Shown: positions 37,969-52,589 of the stretch, in pieces
How positions within the stretch are numbered: position 1 is the first letter of the stretch
How the letters are laid out: every line of letters begins with the position of its first letter
Source: Octopus sinensis
Lineage: Eukaryota
Assembly: GCF_006345805.1 (NCBI RefSeq)
Contig: NC_043001.1
Location: 120,466,001-120,530,000, forward strand
DNA: 64,000 nucleotides
Direction: 5' to 3'
Made by a program: the position numbers and the translations under genes
Notes under the pieces: generated by a model
The model's database searches: none
Told to the model about the DNA's origin: nothing
Seen by the model: only the letters and a program-made list of their open reading frames with translations

Positions 37969-37970
37969 AA
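37870..37970. repeat. Compound (TAG)n(TGG)n(TAG)n microsatellite
   Basis: Direct observation. Confidence 0.95.
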
Positions 37971-38084
37971 ATGGAAGTGAACGTTGGCTGTAATAGCCGC
38001 AGTAGAATAGACCGTTGTTTGCAGCAGTAGTAGTGATCGGGGTGTTAGTGGTGGTTGGAGTTCTAGAATTCTTTTTTTTTTTTC

Positions 38085-38360
38085 GATAACCAATATTCCG
38101 ATGCACAGGTGAAGTTTGTTCTGATGGTAGAATGATTGCCTTGTTCTAATGTGTATTCCGAACCTTCTACTAAGATGACACAGATCCCGCAGTTGGGCTT
38201 TCCACGTATTTTAACTGATTATTTGTGGTTGTTATTGGGTGCAGTTTAGCCTGGGTTAAAATCTTTAAGGATTTTGGTTGCCGTTTACTTTTTATGATTG
38301 TGTACTTTTGGAGGATTCGGTTTATCTTTGGGTCTTCCTTGAGTAGGTTTAAAGTTTGAT
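38085..38360 (-). pseudogene. Fragment of a PLE related to the 17-19 kb element (RT-endonuclease linker)
   Basis: LLKEDPKINRILQKYTIIKSKRQPKSLK versus LLKKDHRMNTILQTHTIIKSKRQPRSMK; CGKPNCGIC and NFTCASE in another frame. Confidence 0.85.
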
Positions 38361-39093
38361 CATTTTTACCCATTCAGAAAACAATAATTTTTTCTTTGCC
38401 ATAGCTGTCTATCACAAAATGAACGAAAACCATTACGAAGAAGAAGTTTTAATAAACAAAGTGAAAAGAAAACATTACCTCGACGAAAGGTGTAAGAATT
38501 GTTGAAGTTTTAATAAGTTTTAATGGATAAAGTCATGTGAAACGGTCGAAAACACATGTAAATAATTTAAGAAGAAAAAGCCTCATCGAAAGTTTTGACG
38601 AAAAATTACAAAAACAAAATAAACTATACGTTAAGGTTTAGGATTAACGCTTATAGTTAGTGTTAAGGCTAGGGTTTAGTTTTATGCTTAGCGTTTAGGC
38701 TTTGATGCGTAGTCAAAGAAATCACATAGACATACATATTGTCATTCGGGCAGCAGACTACCGCTTTGGCAAGAAGTTTTAATAAGTTTTAATGAATAAA
38801 GGCATGTAAAATAGTCGAATAGGCATGTAAACAATTTTAAAAGAAAATACGCAGGTAAAGAAAATTCACATGGTATTGATATAAACAGACTGAACTTTCG
38901 CTTGTAATAATGGAAACGGGCACCAATGTGTCTGTCTTTCGATTGGCTAAATTTGCAATATTTAAAAGCTGTTAACTTTGTTTTTATTAATTTATGACAA
39001 AAACGAATTTCATTTTCATAATTTGCATGCGAAACTAAATCGGTGTATCAAATTTGAAAATAATAGGAAGAAAGTTTCAAAAACAGAAAGCTG

Positions 39094-39555
39094 GGATCTT
39101 TTCGGTTTGAATGGCAGTTTTTAACATAATTTCTAGGTAATTAAAAAAATTTTAAACTTCATATACTGGTAGAATGTGTTTATAAAACATCTTTTTCTCT
39201 TGGCTTTATTGAGAAAATTCTATAGTTTGTAAGATATATGTTATTCCTTTTCTTCAATTTCTGCAATTTCAACCAATCAATGACGTCTATTGAGGTGAAA
39301 ACATTCTGTACCGTATGAAAATGTCCCTCGTTTAAGAAACAGATTGGGTTTATTTACATTTCTGAAGAAAAAAGATACCCTTCCCCCACCCCTAACCCTA
39401 ATCCTAACCAACCCTAACCAACCCTAACTACCCTAACTCTAACCCTAACTCTAAAACATATTGAAATACAATAGATTGATACTAGGGTCATAATTATGGG
39501 TGACAATTTCATATGACACCGCATGAAAAAACTGCTGTTCAAACCGAAAAGATCC
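39094..39555. mobile_element. MITE, 462 bp, TIRs of about 28 bp, possible 8-bp target-site duplication
   Basis: ggatcttttcggtttgaatggcagttttt / aaaaactgctgttcaaaccgaaaagatcc. Flanks gaaagctg and gaaaactt match at 6 of 8 positions. Confidence 0.85.
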
Positions 39556-42158
39556 GAAAACTTTGACAGCAACAAAGGTCTCCACAACTGGATGAGTTCT
39601 TTATTTATTGCTCCTGTCCTACTGGAAATAAAGAATAAAACAATGAAAGACAGATTTGACTTCGCCGAGATTTGAAATTCAGTGAGTAGCGGACTCGAAC
39701 GAAACTCCAAGGTCTTCTACCTAATGCTTTAACGATTCTGCCAATTTGTCGTCTTGCGAATAAAATTCAGTTGGAAAGGGAAAAAGTGATTTAACACACT
39801 TCACAAATGCATTGAAATAGTGGTGCTTCATTTTACATTATATACTTTTGTGAACAATAGCTTTTCTTGATTACAGGGTTTCAATTGGCCTGCAGAGTCT
39901 TCACGTCGTGTGTGTGTGTGTGCGCGCGCCTGCGTGTGTACTTTATCTACAATTCATCAGCATTTATTGAAAATGTCACATTTTTTTTCACTTGGTTTCT
40001 CATAAAAGTTTCTTAAAAAAGACGGTAAAGTAAATGCATTTATTTCTTGGAAAGCAATGGGAATTGCAGGAGACACAAAGGCTATGAAATATACATATGG
40101 AGAGAGATGAGAAAAAATAAATCTAAGAAAATTAAACTTTGTGATGTACATAGTTAAAGGGTATTAGAGCAATTTTAGTTGTTAATAGCTTTCAGAAGCG
40201 AAGTCACGTGGCTTAATGGTTAGAATGTTGGACTTTGTTAGGATGGTAAAGACGTGGGTTTGATTTCCGAATCGGGTGGTCCGCTGTGTTCTAGTAAGGT
40301 CAGTTGAAAGCGGGCATCAGTAGTAGATGAAGATTAACATTTGGGGGACTGGTGTCCCATCCGGGAGTGTGGATAGTGTTGCTCTCTCAGTTGATTATAC
40401 ACAATTAAAACTGAGATAGGCTCTTGCCTAACGAAACTATAAGTTCAGGATAAGGCTTTAGTATTAATCCGTTAGAAACGACAATAACACAGAAAAGAAA
40501 TCCAAATTGAAAACCAGTAGAAGTAGTAGTAACAACAACAGCAGCAGCAGCGGCAGTAGCAGTGGTAGTAAACAACTAAAACAACAATAGCAACAGCAAG
40601 ACACAGAAAATAAAAAAATAACATATAAAGAGAAAAAAATTAAAGTGCACGGCAGGAAAAGAAAGATAAACAGATGTAAAAAAAAAACACAAAGAAGGCA
40701 CAACACACAATAGCATCCTTTTATGCATTTTTCATGATAAAACTTACTTATTTTCTGTCGACAGTGAGTCCTCGTATGTATAAACGAGAAGAAAGGTGTG
40801 CTGTGACCTTCAAGTCTTCTTTTTCTGAATAAAATTTCAATACATAAAGGTTAAGATACAATTTTAGATCGATTTCTTAGAAAATTCACAAGGTTTCAGG
40901 TTTGCACGAGAGAGGAAATTGAGATTGTGTTACATACATGCGTGACTCTTGTTACATAAGTGGAGTTAATTGGCTTCGACCAACCATGAAAATTAGGTCA
41001 ACTTCACGAGATTTAACGAAGGGGCTTGTACATGGCGGATTGTTATGCTAGAAATAACAGCCAAATCTTTCTCAAATCACAATCTTGCAGACTTTAATAT
41101 ATAGAGGACATACTGGGATAACGGTTTGAAATGACGCTCATGGAGGGAACGCCTTTGGCATTAGTCCCACTCAATCAAATGGCATGAAAGGAATGGCAAA
41201 CAACAATTAAATCGAAAGCAACGCGGCAGTAGATTCCTTTTTGTTACTTCACAACGCGTCTTGCAAACGCAATATTTAACAGATTAGAATTTTGTCTCGG
41301 CTTTTCAAGTAAATCTTATATTTATGTCAGATTTATCTTGTTTCAAATCATGACTCATACTACCAATGATTATTTCCGTACTCTGGGGTAACGTCAAGAG
41401 AATGGCAGTAACGTTGTTGTTCTTGCTATCGCTGTTGTTTTTATCGCTGCGAGTATAGCTATTGATGTTAGTGTTGTTGTTATTGTTGTTGTTGCTGGTA
41501 CAGTTGTTGATACTGTTACGTCTGCTGCTTTTTCTGTTGTTGTTGTCGTTGTTGTTTAACCCCAGTTCTGTCCTATTTGATCTGACCTGTGATCAACAAT
41601 AGTCTAATTGTGACAATCCCACAATTATTTTGTAACTACAAGATCTTGAATAGTACACTTAACTCGTCACCTGCTTTAACTGCTCCACCTTGTCATGGGG
41701 TACTTTAAGCGGAGTCCTTTCTGTTGCAAGCACTCATGTTAGATCTTTGTTTTCTATAACTTCTTCCCTTTCCCCAACCTTTCTCAGAAGCCCCAAGAAA
41801 TAAAGTGTTATAAACTATACCCTTACCTCCTTGACAAAACAGTTATAAAAATTCTCCGAACCGCTTTATCCAAATACGTTCCACTGTATCACTTAAGACA
41901 TACTTGATTTCAGCTGATCAATGGAAACAAAAAGACTCCCTCTAGTTTTAAGTTGCTTTTACTCTGGTCAATGACAGCTTTTCCTACCAGAGAGAATTTA
42001 TATTAGCATTGCTCAACCTTCAAATTACTCAGTTTCACAGAACAATAGCTGCTGCTGATTAAATGGAAAATTATATCATTTATAGACCTAAATTTTTGCA
42101 GTACCTTGGTTCTTTTGTTTAATTTTTATGGGCGTATATAGACTATAATGCTAATAAT

Positions 42159-42558
42159 CCTTTCTACTATGGGCACAAGGCCAGCAATTTTGGAGGAGTG
42201 GAATAGTCGATCACATCGACCCCAGTATTTGACTGGTACTTAATTTATCGACCCCGAAATGATGAAAGCAAACTGGACTTCGGCGGAATTTGAACCCAGA
42301 GCGTAGTAACAGATGAAATACCTATTTCTTTACTACCCACAAGGGACTAAACACAGAGAGGACAAACAAGGACAGACAAACGGATTGAGTCAATTATATT
42401 GACCCCAATGTGTAACTGGTACTTATTTAATCGACCCCGAAAGGATGAAAGGCAAAGTCGACCTCGGCGGAATTTGAACTCAGAACGTAGCGGCAGACGA
42501 AATACCGCAAAGCATTTCGCCCGTCACATTAACGTTTCTGCCAGCTCACCGCCTTCTG
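42159..42558 (-). mobile_element. Dimeric SINE with a 13-bp target-site duplication
   Basis: taatgctaataat at 42146-42158 and 42559-42571; one head and two cores. Confidence 0.9.
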
Positions 42559-44991
42559 TAATGCTAATAATAGGACTCGTATCGCAAGCCTCACGACTGG
42601 TTGTCTGGTTGGTTTATCAATCAATTTAACTGTCATGGTTTTCATATTTGTATGAATGAGAAGGGAACATTTTACAAAGTGATTCAAATGTCATTCTCAA
42701 GCCCATTGAGGGCGTTGGTTAATAGTGAAAGGGGTAATTAGTTTCAAATGAAAACTCACAGAGTATCGCGGTCTCAGTTTAACACACCAAAAACTGAAAT
42801 GTGGAATAAGATATACAACAAATCAACGAAGAATTCACGACAGGATCGCCCGTCTCAAAGCTTCTTCAGCATAGTTCATGCTTACCAAATTCCGATCACA
42901 AGATATTTTTGTAAAGCGAGGCTATTGTAGGAGAAAGTTACTTGCTGAAGATGTCGCATAGTGAGACTGAAATATGAAACACTATGTTTGCGAAGTGAAT
43001 TTCTTTACAACACACCCACAACTAATTGACGGATTTTCCGACTTAAGTACAGACAACAGACCGAACGACTAAAACAGTAATTTTACCCTAAAATTAAGGA
43101 GTCGCTTTAATAGACTTGTAAACCAAACAGAAAAAGAAAATATGAGATATTTGCATTTTATTTTCTCTCTATATTTATTATATTTCTGTTTGCGTAGTTG
43201 CTTTTGTTTGTTTGTTTGTTTTTTTGTCTTGTTTTTTTTTTATCTAACCATAGCAAATCAGATGTCTGAACAGATCAAAAATAACATAGGAATACAGAAA
43301 TAAATTTTCAACAAAATATCTAACAGAAACTACTTCATGAATAAATTATATCCCAGTGGAAATCGAACAATATATTTCGGAAAAATTATTTTCTCCTGTT
43401 ATAGTATTTTGTTTTGGGGTTTTTTTTTTTGACACTTTTCCTTTTCTTTTCCTTTCTTTTTCGCTCATATTTATTTTTTTTTAAGAATTCTAATTGATAT
43501 TTTATTTTTTTTAAAGAATTCTAATTGATATTTTATTGATTCCCTTCCACTTCTAAATAAAACTTTAGTCTTGTTATTTGGAATTTTATAATCGAAAATG
43601 TAAAAATATAGTGTTGTAAAGGAAAGAAATAACATTTATCACTTTAATAAGAATGTATGGGTTTTACAAGTAGCAGCAGATGTGGAACTCAATATCTTTG
43701 ATTGACGAGAAACGATTTCCATTTGCACATATTCGCAAATCCTCAAGCGGTGAGCAAACATAGATATGTGTTTTTTTTCTTTTGTTATTGTTTTTCTTTC
43801 ATTCGCCATAGTTCTTTATATTTTCTTTGGTATGTTACAGTGAAGTCAGAGCATCGAACACCATCCCAATACAACATATTCGTCTACAAATTGAAACAAA
43901 TATACTAAAAGAAATGAAATAACAGATTAAGAATAGAACCTGTATTGGAGATATAGTTAACTGGAAATGATACGATGACATTATCATTTATGAATAGCTA
44001 AGCTGCAACTACGCAAGCCAATTGTGAAGTTAGTGAATAAAACAATTTCACTACTTACAGTTAGTAGAGGAAGCAGGTCAATTTTAGAGTGAGACACTCG
44101 TTAATCTATGCAGTATAACTTTAGATATTCAACCAAAGGAGTCGGCGTTATAAATTTATATATATGCAAATTAAAGAAAAGCGGAGAATATATCCCTTAA
44201 GAAAATATAGAAGTTGTACATCTCAGGATATATAGATGTTTCAATAATTATTCAATGTGTTAGCTTCACATCATAAACATCCGTTGCTGAAATCACGGGC
44301 AAGGGAACGAATTGGTCTCAAACACACATAGATATACGCATTTGTGTGCATTTGTATATGTATTATTTAATTCTATATTTGTGTCATTCTATTGCAGTCA
44401 TTCTGGAACAAAACTTTTTATATCTTAGTCGAACAAATCGACCAGAGTAATTATTGTAAGTCTGGCTATTATTCTAACAATTTCATTTTACCGAACCCCT
44501 ACTCAGTTATGTGGACGTAAACGAGCCTACTTCAGTTGTCATGCGATATGGGGAAAAGCGTACACCAGGACGCACACCAAGAATATTCCCCTTCTTCAGT
44601 TCTCCCGGTTTCATCTACTCCACGGTTCGAAAGCAAGGACAAGACGCAACATCGTTGAAACAGTCTTTCCCGCAAAGTAAATTAAATAACATTTGGGATT
44701 TTTTTGCGGAGGGTGAAAGTGGTAACAAGAACAGTAAAGTGAGAACAAAACAGAAAAAAAACAAAAACGGTGAGGGATGTTAGGCCAAGACAATAGAATA
44801 ATTATTATGAACGCTTAGGAAGACGAGCTTATGAAGGAGACGGTATAAGCACGTTTAGTCTTTACGAAGGTTGTGGGTAGAATGGTAGATTCTCTTTCGT
44901 CCCGTGTCGGCGACGAGAGAGTCGAGGAAGAAAAGTGAGAGAGAGGGAACGGTGAAGAGGAGAGAAGAAGAATAATATAATAATATAAATA

Positions 44992-45033
<42 letters not shown>

Positions 45034-45428
45034 ATACATACATACATACATACATACATACATACATACATACATACATACATTCATACATACATACATA
45101 TATGTACATACCTACATATCAATGTATATATACATGCATATGTGGGTACAGGACATCAAAAAAAGCGTTGAACACAAGGAGAAACGAAAACATAAATACA
45201 AAAACATAGAAACGAACATTGTTTTGAACAACGAAAAAACAGAAATGTGACATACAGCATCAAGAATATTTCCCTCGGCGTTCCTCTTGCAGACTTGGCG
45301 GAGGCAGGACGCTAATCTTGTTCACTAGAATTTTTTCCTATCATACCTGTATTAATTTTATGATTCTTCTGTGGCTTGAAGTATTTTGACTTCTATTATT
45401 AGCGATGCAGGTGCTCATGTAGTACCCT

Positions 45429-45472
<44 letters not shown>

Positions 45473-45482
45473 ATATATATAT

Positions 45483-45981
45483 ACTAGCAGTATCACCCGG
45501 CGTTGCTCGGGTTTGTAAGGGAAATAACTATATAAGCATTTTTAGAGAGTTACTTCCGTTATAGATGCCAATTCGGGCTTTCTTAGCCATTTCTGTTTTG
45601 GTGTCTTCAAGCCATGAAGTCGTTGTTCTAAAAGAACGCTGGTCTCCTTGACAACGCTTTACGACGTTGATTTCCTTACACTCCCTTCCCCACAGCTTCA
45701 CGAGGGAGGGAAGAAGGGGGAGAAACAACACAGGTGCAGATGTGAGCGTGGATGCCAACTCCACCGCCATCGACACACGAAAAAATATGCATTAAAATGG
45801 AATAAAAAATGATGTTAAATTATTTTTAAAATCGTAGACTCATCGTAGACGCGCGCTAATACCCAGACGGGCTCGATATGAATCACGACTATCAGATACC
45901 CGAATTTGGTTAAGCTGCACCGCAAAATGTGGGAGTAGTTAGTTATCTAAATCGAAGGGGACAGACACTCACACAACTACA

Positions 45982-45990
<9 letters not shown>
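45483..45990 (+). mobile_element. Non-autonomous Helitron-like (Lep1-type) element in (TA)n
   Basis: 5' ACTAGCAGTATC plus hairpin CCCG gcgttgct CGGG; 3' acagacactcacacaactacagttttatatat. Confidence 0.65.
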
Positions 45991-46037
<47 letters not shown>

Positions 46038-46042
46038 ACATA

Positions 46043-46074
<32 letters not shown>

Positions 46075-46369
46075 TGATAATTTTCCTGTACGGCTTGAGC
46101 TCGCAGCCACCTGCGATGCTATTTTTAAATAAGTATTATCGTTCTCATATTTATACATATATATACGTAACTGCCACACAATTTCCATTCCCCAAATTAA
46201 CACAAAACTCAGAGGTCCACCCAGAAATATAGTAGAAGACAGTTGCTCAAGCTACCGCACAAGGAAACTAAACCCGAAACGACAGGCTGTGAAATGAACT
46301 TCTAAATTACCGAGTAATGTGTGCCCATGTGTATGCATGTATGTTTTGGGTTGTTTCTTTTTCTAAAGA

Positions 46370-46990
46370 TTTTCTTTAGAGAGGATATGTAGGTTCCTGA
46401 TTAGTTCTTCATAGATGAACTCCTTTCCCCAATTTTGAAGGAGACATTTTCATCTGCTGGGCAGCTGATTTGTACGACACTACATAACTTTTGTTATTTA
46501 TCTCATAAAATTATACACGATCTGTTGCGCTAACACTGGCTGCTGTTTTTATTGGAATATTGCACCAGTATTCTATATTTTTAAAAATAGTTGCTGGTAT
46601 AGCCATCATAAGTATTCTTTCGTATAGCCATCAGAAATATTTTTCTTTCGCACGCAATGCAAGACCATCTTGGCGACAATATCATCACTGGAAGTTAATC
46701 ATTTTTGAAAAACTACTGAACACGTAAGTAATATCTTTCACACTGGTCTAGAACAATCGACAATAGATACTTTCTATCACAGTGAGAAGTTTTAAGGGCA
46801 TTCTTATCTTTTATGGTGATCAGGTATCTCATAGCTCTTTTGTGTCCTTGATAGTAAAGGCTTATTCAGATGAATTAAGTGTGATGTACGTATCGCAGGT
46901 CCAGGAGAGGCTGCTATTCTTGTCAGTGTTGCTGGCATTCTCCGGCTTATAGAATATACACCTATGCATAACGTTCTATGGGGGCAATGA
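46370..46990 (-). pseudogene. Decayed C-terminal region (Zn knuckle and restriction-like endonuclease) of an R4/Dong-like non-LTR element
   Basis: LSWTCDTYIT, KDITYVFSS (EDITHIISSC-like), DDIVAK, EYWCNIPIKTA and KLCSVVQISCPADENV. Confidence 0.7.
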
Positions 46991-47379
46991 TGATTTCTAT
47001 TCTAAGTCATTATTTAAATAAATCAGTCCATCCACTCTTGGTTCACACGAAATAGGAGTACTTTTCGGCAGTTCTTCACATAATCTCGAGGTTATTACCT
47101 CATACATGATACTCTTACTGTATGTATGTATGTATGTATGTATGTATGTATGTATCTATTATGTATGTATGTATGTATGTATGTATGTATGTATGTATGC
47201 ATGTATATATCTATGAATGAATGTATGTATGTATGTGTATATAAATTCCAGATGAATAATTACAGAAATCTCCACAGGAAGCAACTGGTATTTGAAAATG
47301 TCACAATTTTTAAAAAAGGAATATACATACATGGATACATACGCATACATACACATATCTGTATATATACATATATATA

Positions 47380-47421
<42 letters not shown>

Positions 47422-48167
47422 TATTATATATAATATATATATATATATTTATACATGTATGTATATGTGTGTATATATATATGTATATATACGTATATAC
47501 ATATATATATGTGTATATATATATAAACACTCAATTATGGTGTAAATAACACCTAGACTGATAGAAATAGAAGCTAAAATGGGCCAGTGCTGTTATATAT
47601 ATATAATATATATATATATATATGTAAGTATGTATATTAATGTTTGTATTACATACATATAAGTGAGATGGCCACTACGTGGACATCTATTATGCTAGAA
47701 GTAGATTTGCTATGGTCTAACCACTAAGAAAGGAATGTTTTCAAGAAAATTTAGCAAACGCCAGAACAAAATATAGATTAATTTTAGACTAGTTTCGCTA
47801 TTAACTCTTACGCAAAATTACTTACGTAATTATCCGTAGCTCTTCAGTATGATCGTCATTGCAAATATAATTTGAAGAACTACGCACGAGACGTCCGCAT
47901 GAGATTGAACATGTGTACAGTTCTGTCAATTACACTCGGGATTATCTTTCAAATTATACTTGGGTTTATCTTCGTTTTGGCACGCTAAAATACTGGAAAT
48001 AATTCTGCAGAAAATAATTCTCTGCGGTGAATTTTTTTATATGTATGTAATATAATTTTTCTGAATCTTCAGATTTTAATATGTTAGACCACTGGTTTTA
48101 AATTGATATCAATGAAATTAATATTCAATTTTTCACTCTTATTATTTTAAATTTAAATTTATGTATA

Positions 48168-48211
<44 letters not shown>

Positions 48212-48549
48212 ACAGGGAAGGAGAGACAGATTTATGGATGTGAATATACAATGGAAATATCTGCGTAATAAATAATTTATATCATATATATAAAAAACAC
48301 ACACACACACACACACATAGATATATATATATATATTCATAAGCATACATACATATATATATAGAGAGAGAGACAGACAGACAGACAGAGATTAGATATT
48401 TGTGAGTCTGAGTGTATACATGTGCACGAATGTGTATGTATCATACGGTTAACCGTTGTTCTTTTGTATTTCAATGCATCTTAGTGGGCGTTTTCTTTTA
48501 AACAGAATTCCAAGTTGCTTCTGTTGAGTTTTTTTCCTAACTTTTGTGA

Positions 48550-48628
<79 letters not shown>

Positions 48629-49049
48629 TGTACGCGCGCGTGCATGTGTCTGTGTGAAGTGTTTTATTAATTATATATTGTTATAAACAGAAATTTCAAT
48701 TTGCAATTACAAAAAGAAAACTACAAAATGAACGCTTGATTATAACTCGACCATGTTAAGATTCGTGTGGTCAGAATAATGCAAGCAACTCTGTCGTTTC
48801 CTGCTTGGTTTAAAATTTATTGTCTCAATAAATAATTCAGTTGGATTTTATGAGCAACATTCAAATCCATTCACCTGCCAATAATTTTTTTACTAGCATT
48901 TTGCTGCGAAATCAGGCAACGTTGGCGAAATTAGTTACCATGTAATTTCTATGGATTTGTAAGACTAAAATATCATGTCAATCACTTACCATTGCATGTA
49001 AATGCATATACATACATAAATACATACATACATACAGATAGAAAAACTA

Positions 49050-49465
<416 letters not shown>

Positions 49466-49479
49466 ACATATAATATATA

Positions 49480-49764
49480 TACATAGATTAGTGGTTCGGG
49501 CATTCGACACGCGTTGTGTCCATGAGCAGGAGATTATATTTCATATTGCTCCAGTCCATTCATCTAGCAAAAATGATGTTTTTAAAGGGCTGTATTTTAA
49601 AGGGCTGGCCTTTTCACACTCCGTGTCACATTGAATATCCCTTAGAACTACGTTATGGGTACACCAGTCTGTGGAGTGTTCAGCCGCTTGCACGTTAATT
49701 TCACGAGCAAGCTGTTCCGTTGATCGTATCAGCTGGGACCCTCGTCGTCGTAACCGACCGTGTC

Positions 49765-49765
<1 letters not shown>
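49480..49765 (+). mobile_element. CORE-like SINE (related copy at 56060-56370)
   Basis: tagtggttcgggcattcg..attgctccagtccattcatctagcaaaaatga..cacttgcacgttaatttcacgagc-like tail. Confidence 0.75.
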
Positions 49766-49839
<74 letters not shown>

Positions 49840-50094
49840 ATATATATTATATATATATATACATATATATTTACATACATAATACATACATACATATACA
49901 TATAGTCAATTCAAATAAACAAACAACGAAATCAACACTAACAGACAAGAGGATGTGCAAAAGGAAAAAAGGAATGCATTAGTTTGACGCTCATTTAAAG
50001 AGAGAGTTTTTGACGTTTCGAAAAGAGAAAGGGAAAAGTTCAAACAAGGAAAGAAGGAAATCGCCAACAGCTCGTCTGTAGTTACGTTGCTGAA

Positions 50095-50137
<43 letters not shown>

Positions 50138-50147
50138 AGTATATTTT

Positions 50148-50208
<61 letters not shown>

Positions 50209-50225
50209 ATATATATATTATACAT

Positions 50226-50940
50226 ACTAGCAGTATAGCCCGGTTTTGCCCGGGATTAAGTTAGGATTATTAAGCTGATCAAGTTCTTTATTTCAAACCA
50301 AACTAAGTATCATCAACGTCAAATTTGGGCGAAATTCGTTGAAATAGGTAAACTTTTGGCTGGAAATGTGTTGCAGACAACTTGATTGGGTAATCCCATA
50401 AGGAATCGGTTTAAACATTTTTTTCCCATCACCGATTCTTTTTTTTTCGTTTTTGGAGAACTTAAAGCATTTAAAGATCCCATGAGTCCTAAGTAATGCT
50501 GGCATCAAGTTTGAACAAAATTGGTAAAAGTTATGGTTGAAAATGGTGTGTAGCCAATTTGATTGGGAAATCCTATAAGGAATCGATTTATCGATTTTTT
50601 TATCCTGATTAAATGGAAAACCGCATATCAACAAAATACTTTTTTCCTCAATGGAAAAGAAACAACAAAAGTCTTAACAAAATCTTACTCATCGCTAGAA
50701 GGGGACTTAACTCCTGTTTGTAAACAATGGTGATCTCTCCGACTTTCGGTTGAAAATTTATTTTTACTGCTATTCGCTGGTGCCCCTGGAAAAAATATGT
50801 TGACGAAAATACAGCTAGCATCATGACGAATATCCTCCTAAAATTGGAGCGACATGCGTGCTAATTTGTTGAGATGCATAAATTTCATTCACGTACACAT
50901 ACACACACACACACACACGTACTGCATTTTCTATATACAA
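50226..50940 (+). mobile_element. Second Helitron-like non-autonomous element in (TA)n
   Basis: 5' ACTAGCAGTATAG plus hairpin CCCGG ttttgc CCGGG; 3' (CA)n then ctgcattttctatata. Confidence 0.6.
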
Positions 50941-50949
50941 ATATGATGG

Positions 50950-51232
50950 ACTACCCCATCGTATTCAATGCATGATTGTTCTGCTTTTGCAGAACGACCT
51001 GCACAAATGATTTGTTAATAGTGTTCAAAAGCATGAGTGTATATTACCTCACTCCCTCTATCAAATCGACGTTACCTGGACAAGTACTATGTGTACCACA
51101 CGTCAAGTGTCGAAGTGATCGCAGAGTAAATTGAGATGAAGTATGTCGGTCAAAAACACAACGCACCACCACCAGATCTAGGAGTCTCGTGAGCGTGAGT
51201 ACAACACTCTATGTACTAGGCCATGCGTCTTC
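50950..51232 (-). mobile_element. SINE family also present at 52825-53128 (-) and 55620-55860 (+)
   Basis: Shared aagtgtcgaagtg.tcgcagag..tgagatgaagt block and a tRNA-like head with ctcacgatcg. Confidence 0.75.
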
Positions 51233-51282
<50 letters not shown>

Positions 51283-51524
51283 TATTAAATTAGAGATAAA
51301 ACCACTATTAGGCAAATCATACAATGAAAAACTTAAGCCAATACATAAGATTAATTAATTTATATTATTTAAATTTATATCAAAATTATTAAAAAAGATA
51401 ATTAATTATCTTTTTTAATAATTTTGATATAAATTTAAATAATATAAATTAATTAATCTTATGTATTGGCTTAAGTTTTTCATTGTATGATTTGCCTAAT
51501 AGTGGTTTTATCTCTAATTTAATA
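51283..51524. repeat. Perfect spacerless palindrome, two arms of 121 bp
   Basis: Arms checked by eye as exact reverse complements around gataatt|aattatc (51403/51404). Confidence 0.92.
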
Positions 51525-51543
51525 TAATATAATATATATATAT

Positions 51544-51595
<52 letters not shown>

Positions 51596-52589
51596 CATGT
51601 ATGTATGTATATATGTATGTATGTTTTTGTGCGTGTGTGTGTGTGAGTATTACATCATATATTTGTGAACCAAACATTGTAGATATTTTTCCGTCCAATT
51701 TTCTAGTTGTTAAACAATTTACTAATATTTTATTATGTATATACGTTTACATATGGTTGTGTTTCTATGCATTTCAATGCATAACCAGTTGCTATTATTA
51801 ATTTCCATTAAATGCTGTTGCGTAATCTTTATATCCGTTCATAACTTATGAGTATAAGTCTCTGTATGCGGCGTAAGCGCGTGCATGTTTGTGAGTGCGC
51901 TATTGAATATATATATGTAGAACACAGATGTCTTGTAAATTGAAAATTCAATTTGCGATTATAATTACAAAAGGAAATCATGATAGCAACTCGACCATGT
52001 TAAGATTCATGTGGGCGCAATCATACGAGCTATTGAGTAGTTTCATGACGTGATCGGTTTTAAACTCATTGTCTCAATAATTAAGTCAAACGGGTTTGAT
52101 TCAGAAAAGCCGAATCCATTCACCTGTCAACAATTTTTTTTATCAACACTTTGCAGCGAATTCAGGCAAATGTGGCAAAACCAGTTGCCATATAATCCCT
52201 ATTCACTTATAACTAAAATATTAACTCACTTAACAATCTGCAACAATAATGATGACGATATAGTATAAGCGGGAAAGTATAAATAGTTAATATTGTAAAA
52301 TAATTTTCTCACAATAGACAACTACTAATTTATGTCAGTTGCTTAAAAAATACATAGAACATCCCGTCTAGCGGACGCCATTTCTTGTGATATGTTTCAT
52401 ATATTGTTATATTAGATATATGTTTATATAAATACGTGTATGAAATGCATATATTTATAAATGGTGTGTATGTATGTGCATGTGTATATATATACATATA
52501 TATATATTATATATATATATATATATAATATATATATATATATATAAATCAATAAATGGTGGGGTTGTGTTGACCGCACGTAGAGAATG

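Noticed and set aside
39388-39455. Chromosome end or telomere fusion site
   Set aside because: The repeats are short, degenerate and enclosed by MITE TIRs.
44575-44640. ctgaagaaggggaatattctt on the minus strand as a hammerhead
   Set aside because: No GAAA and stem III follow stem II, so the topology is incomplete.
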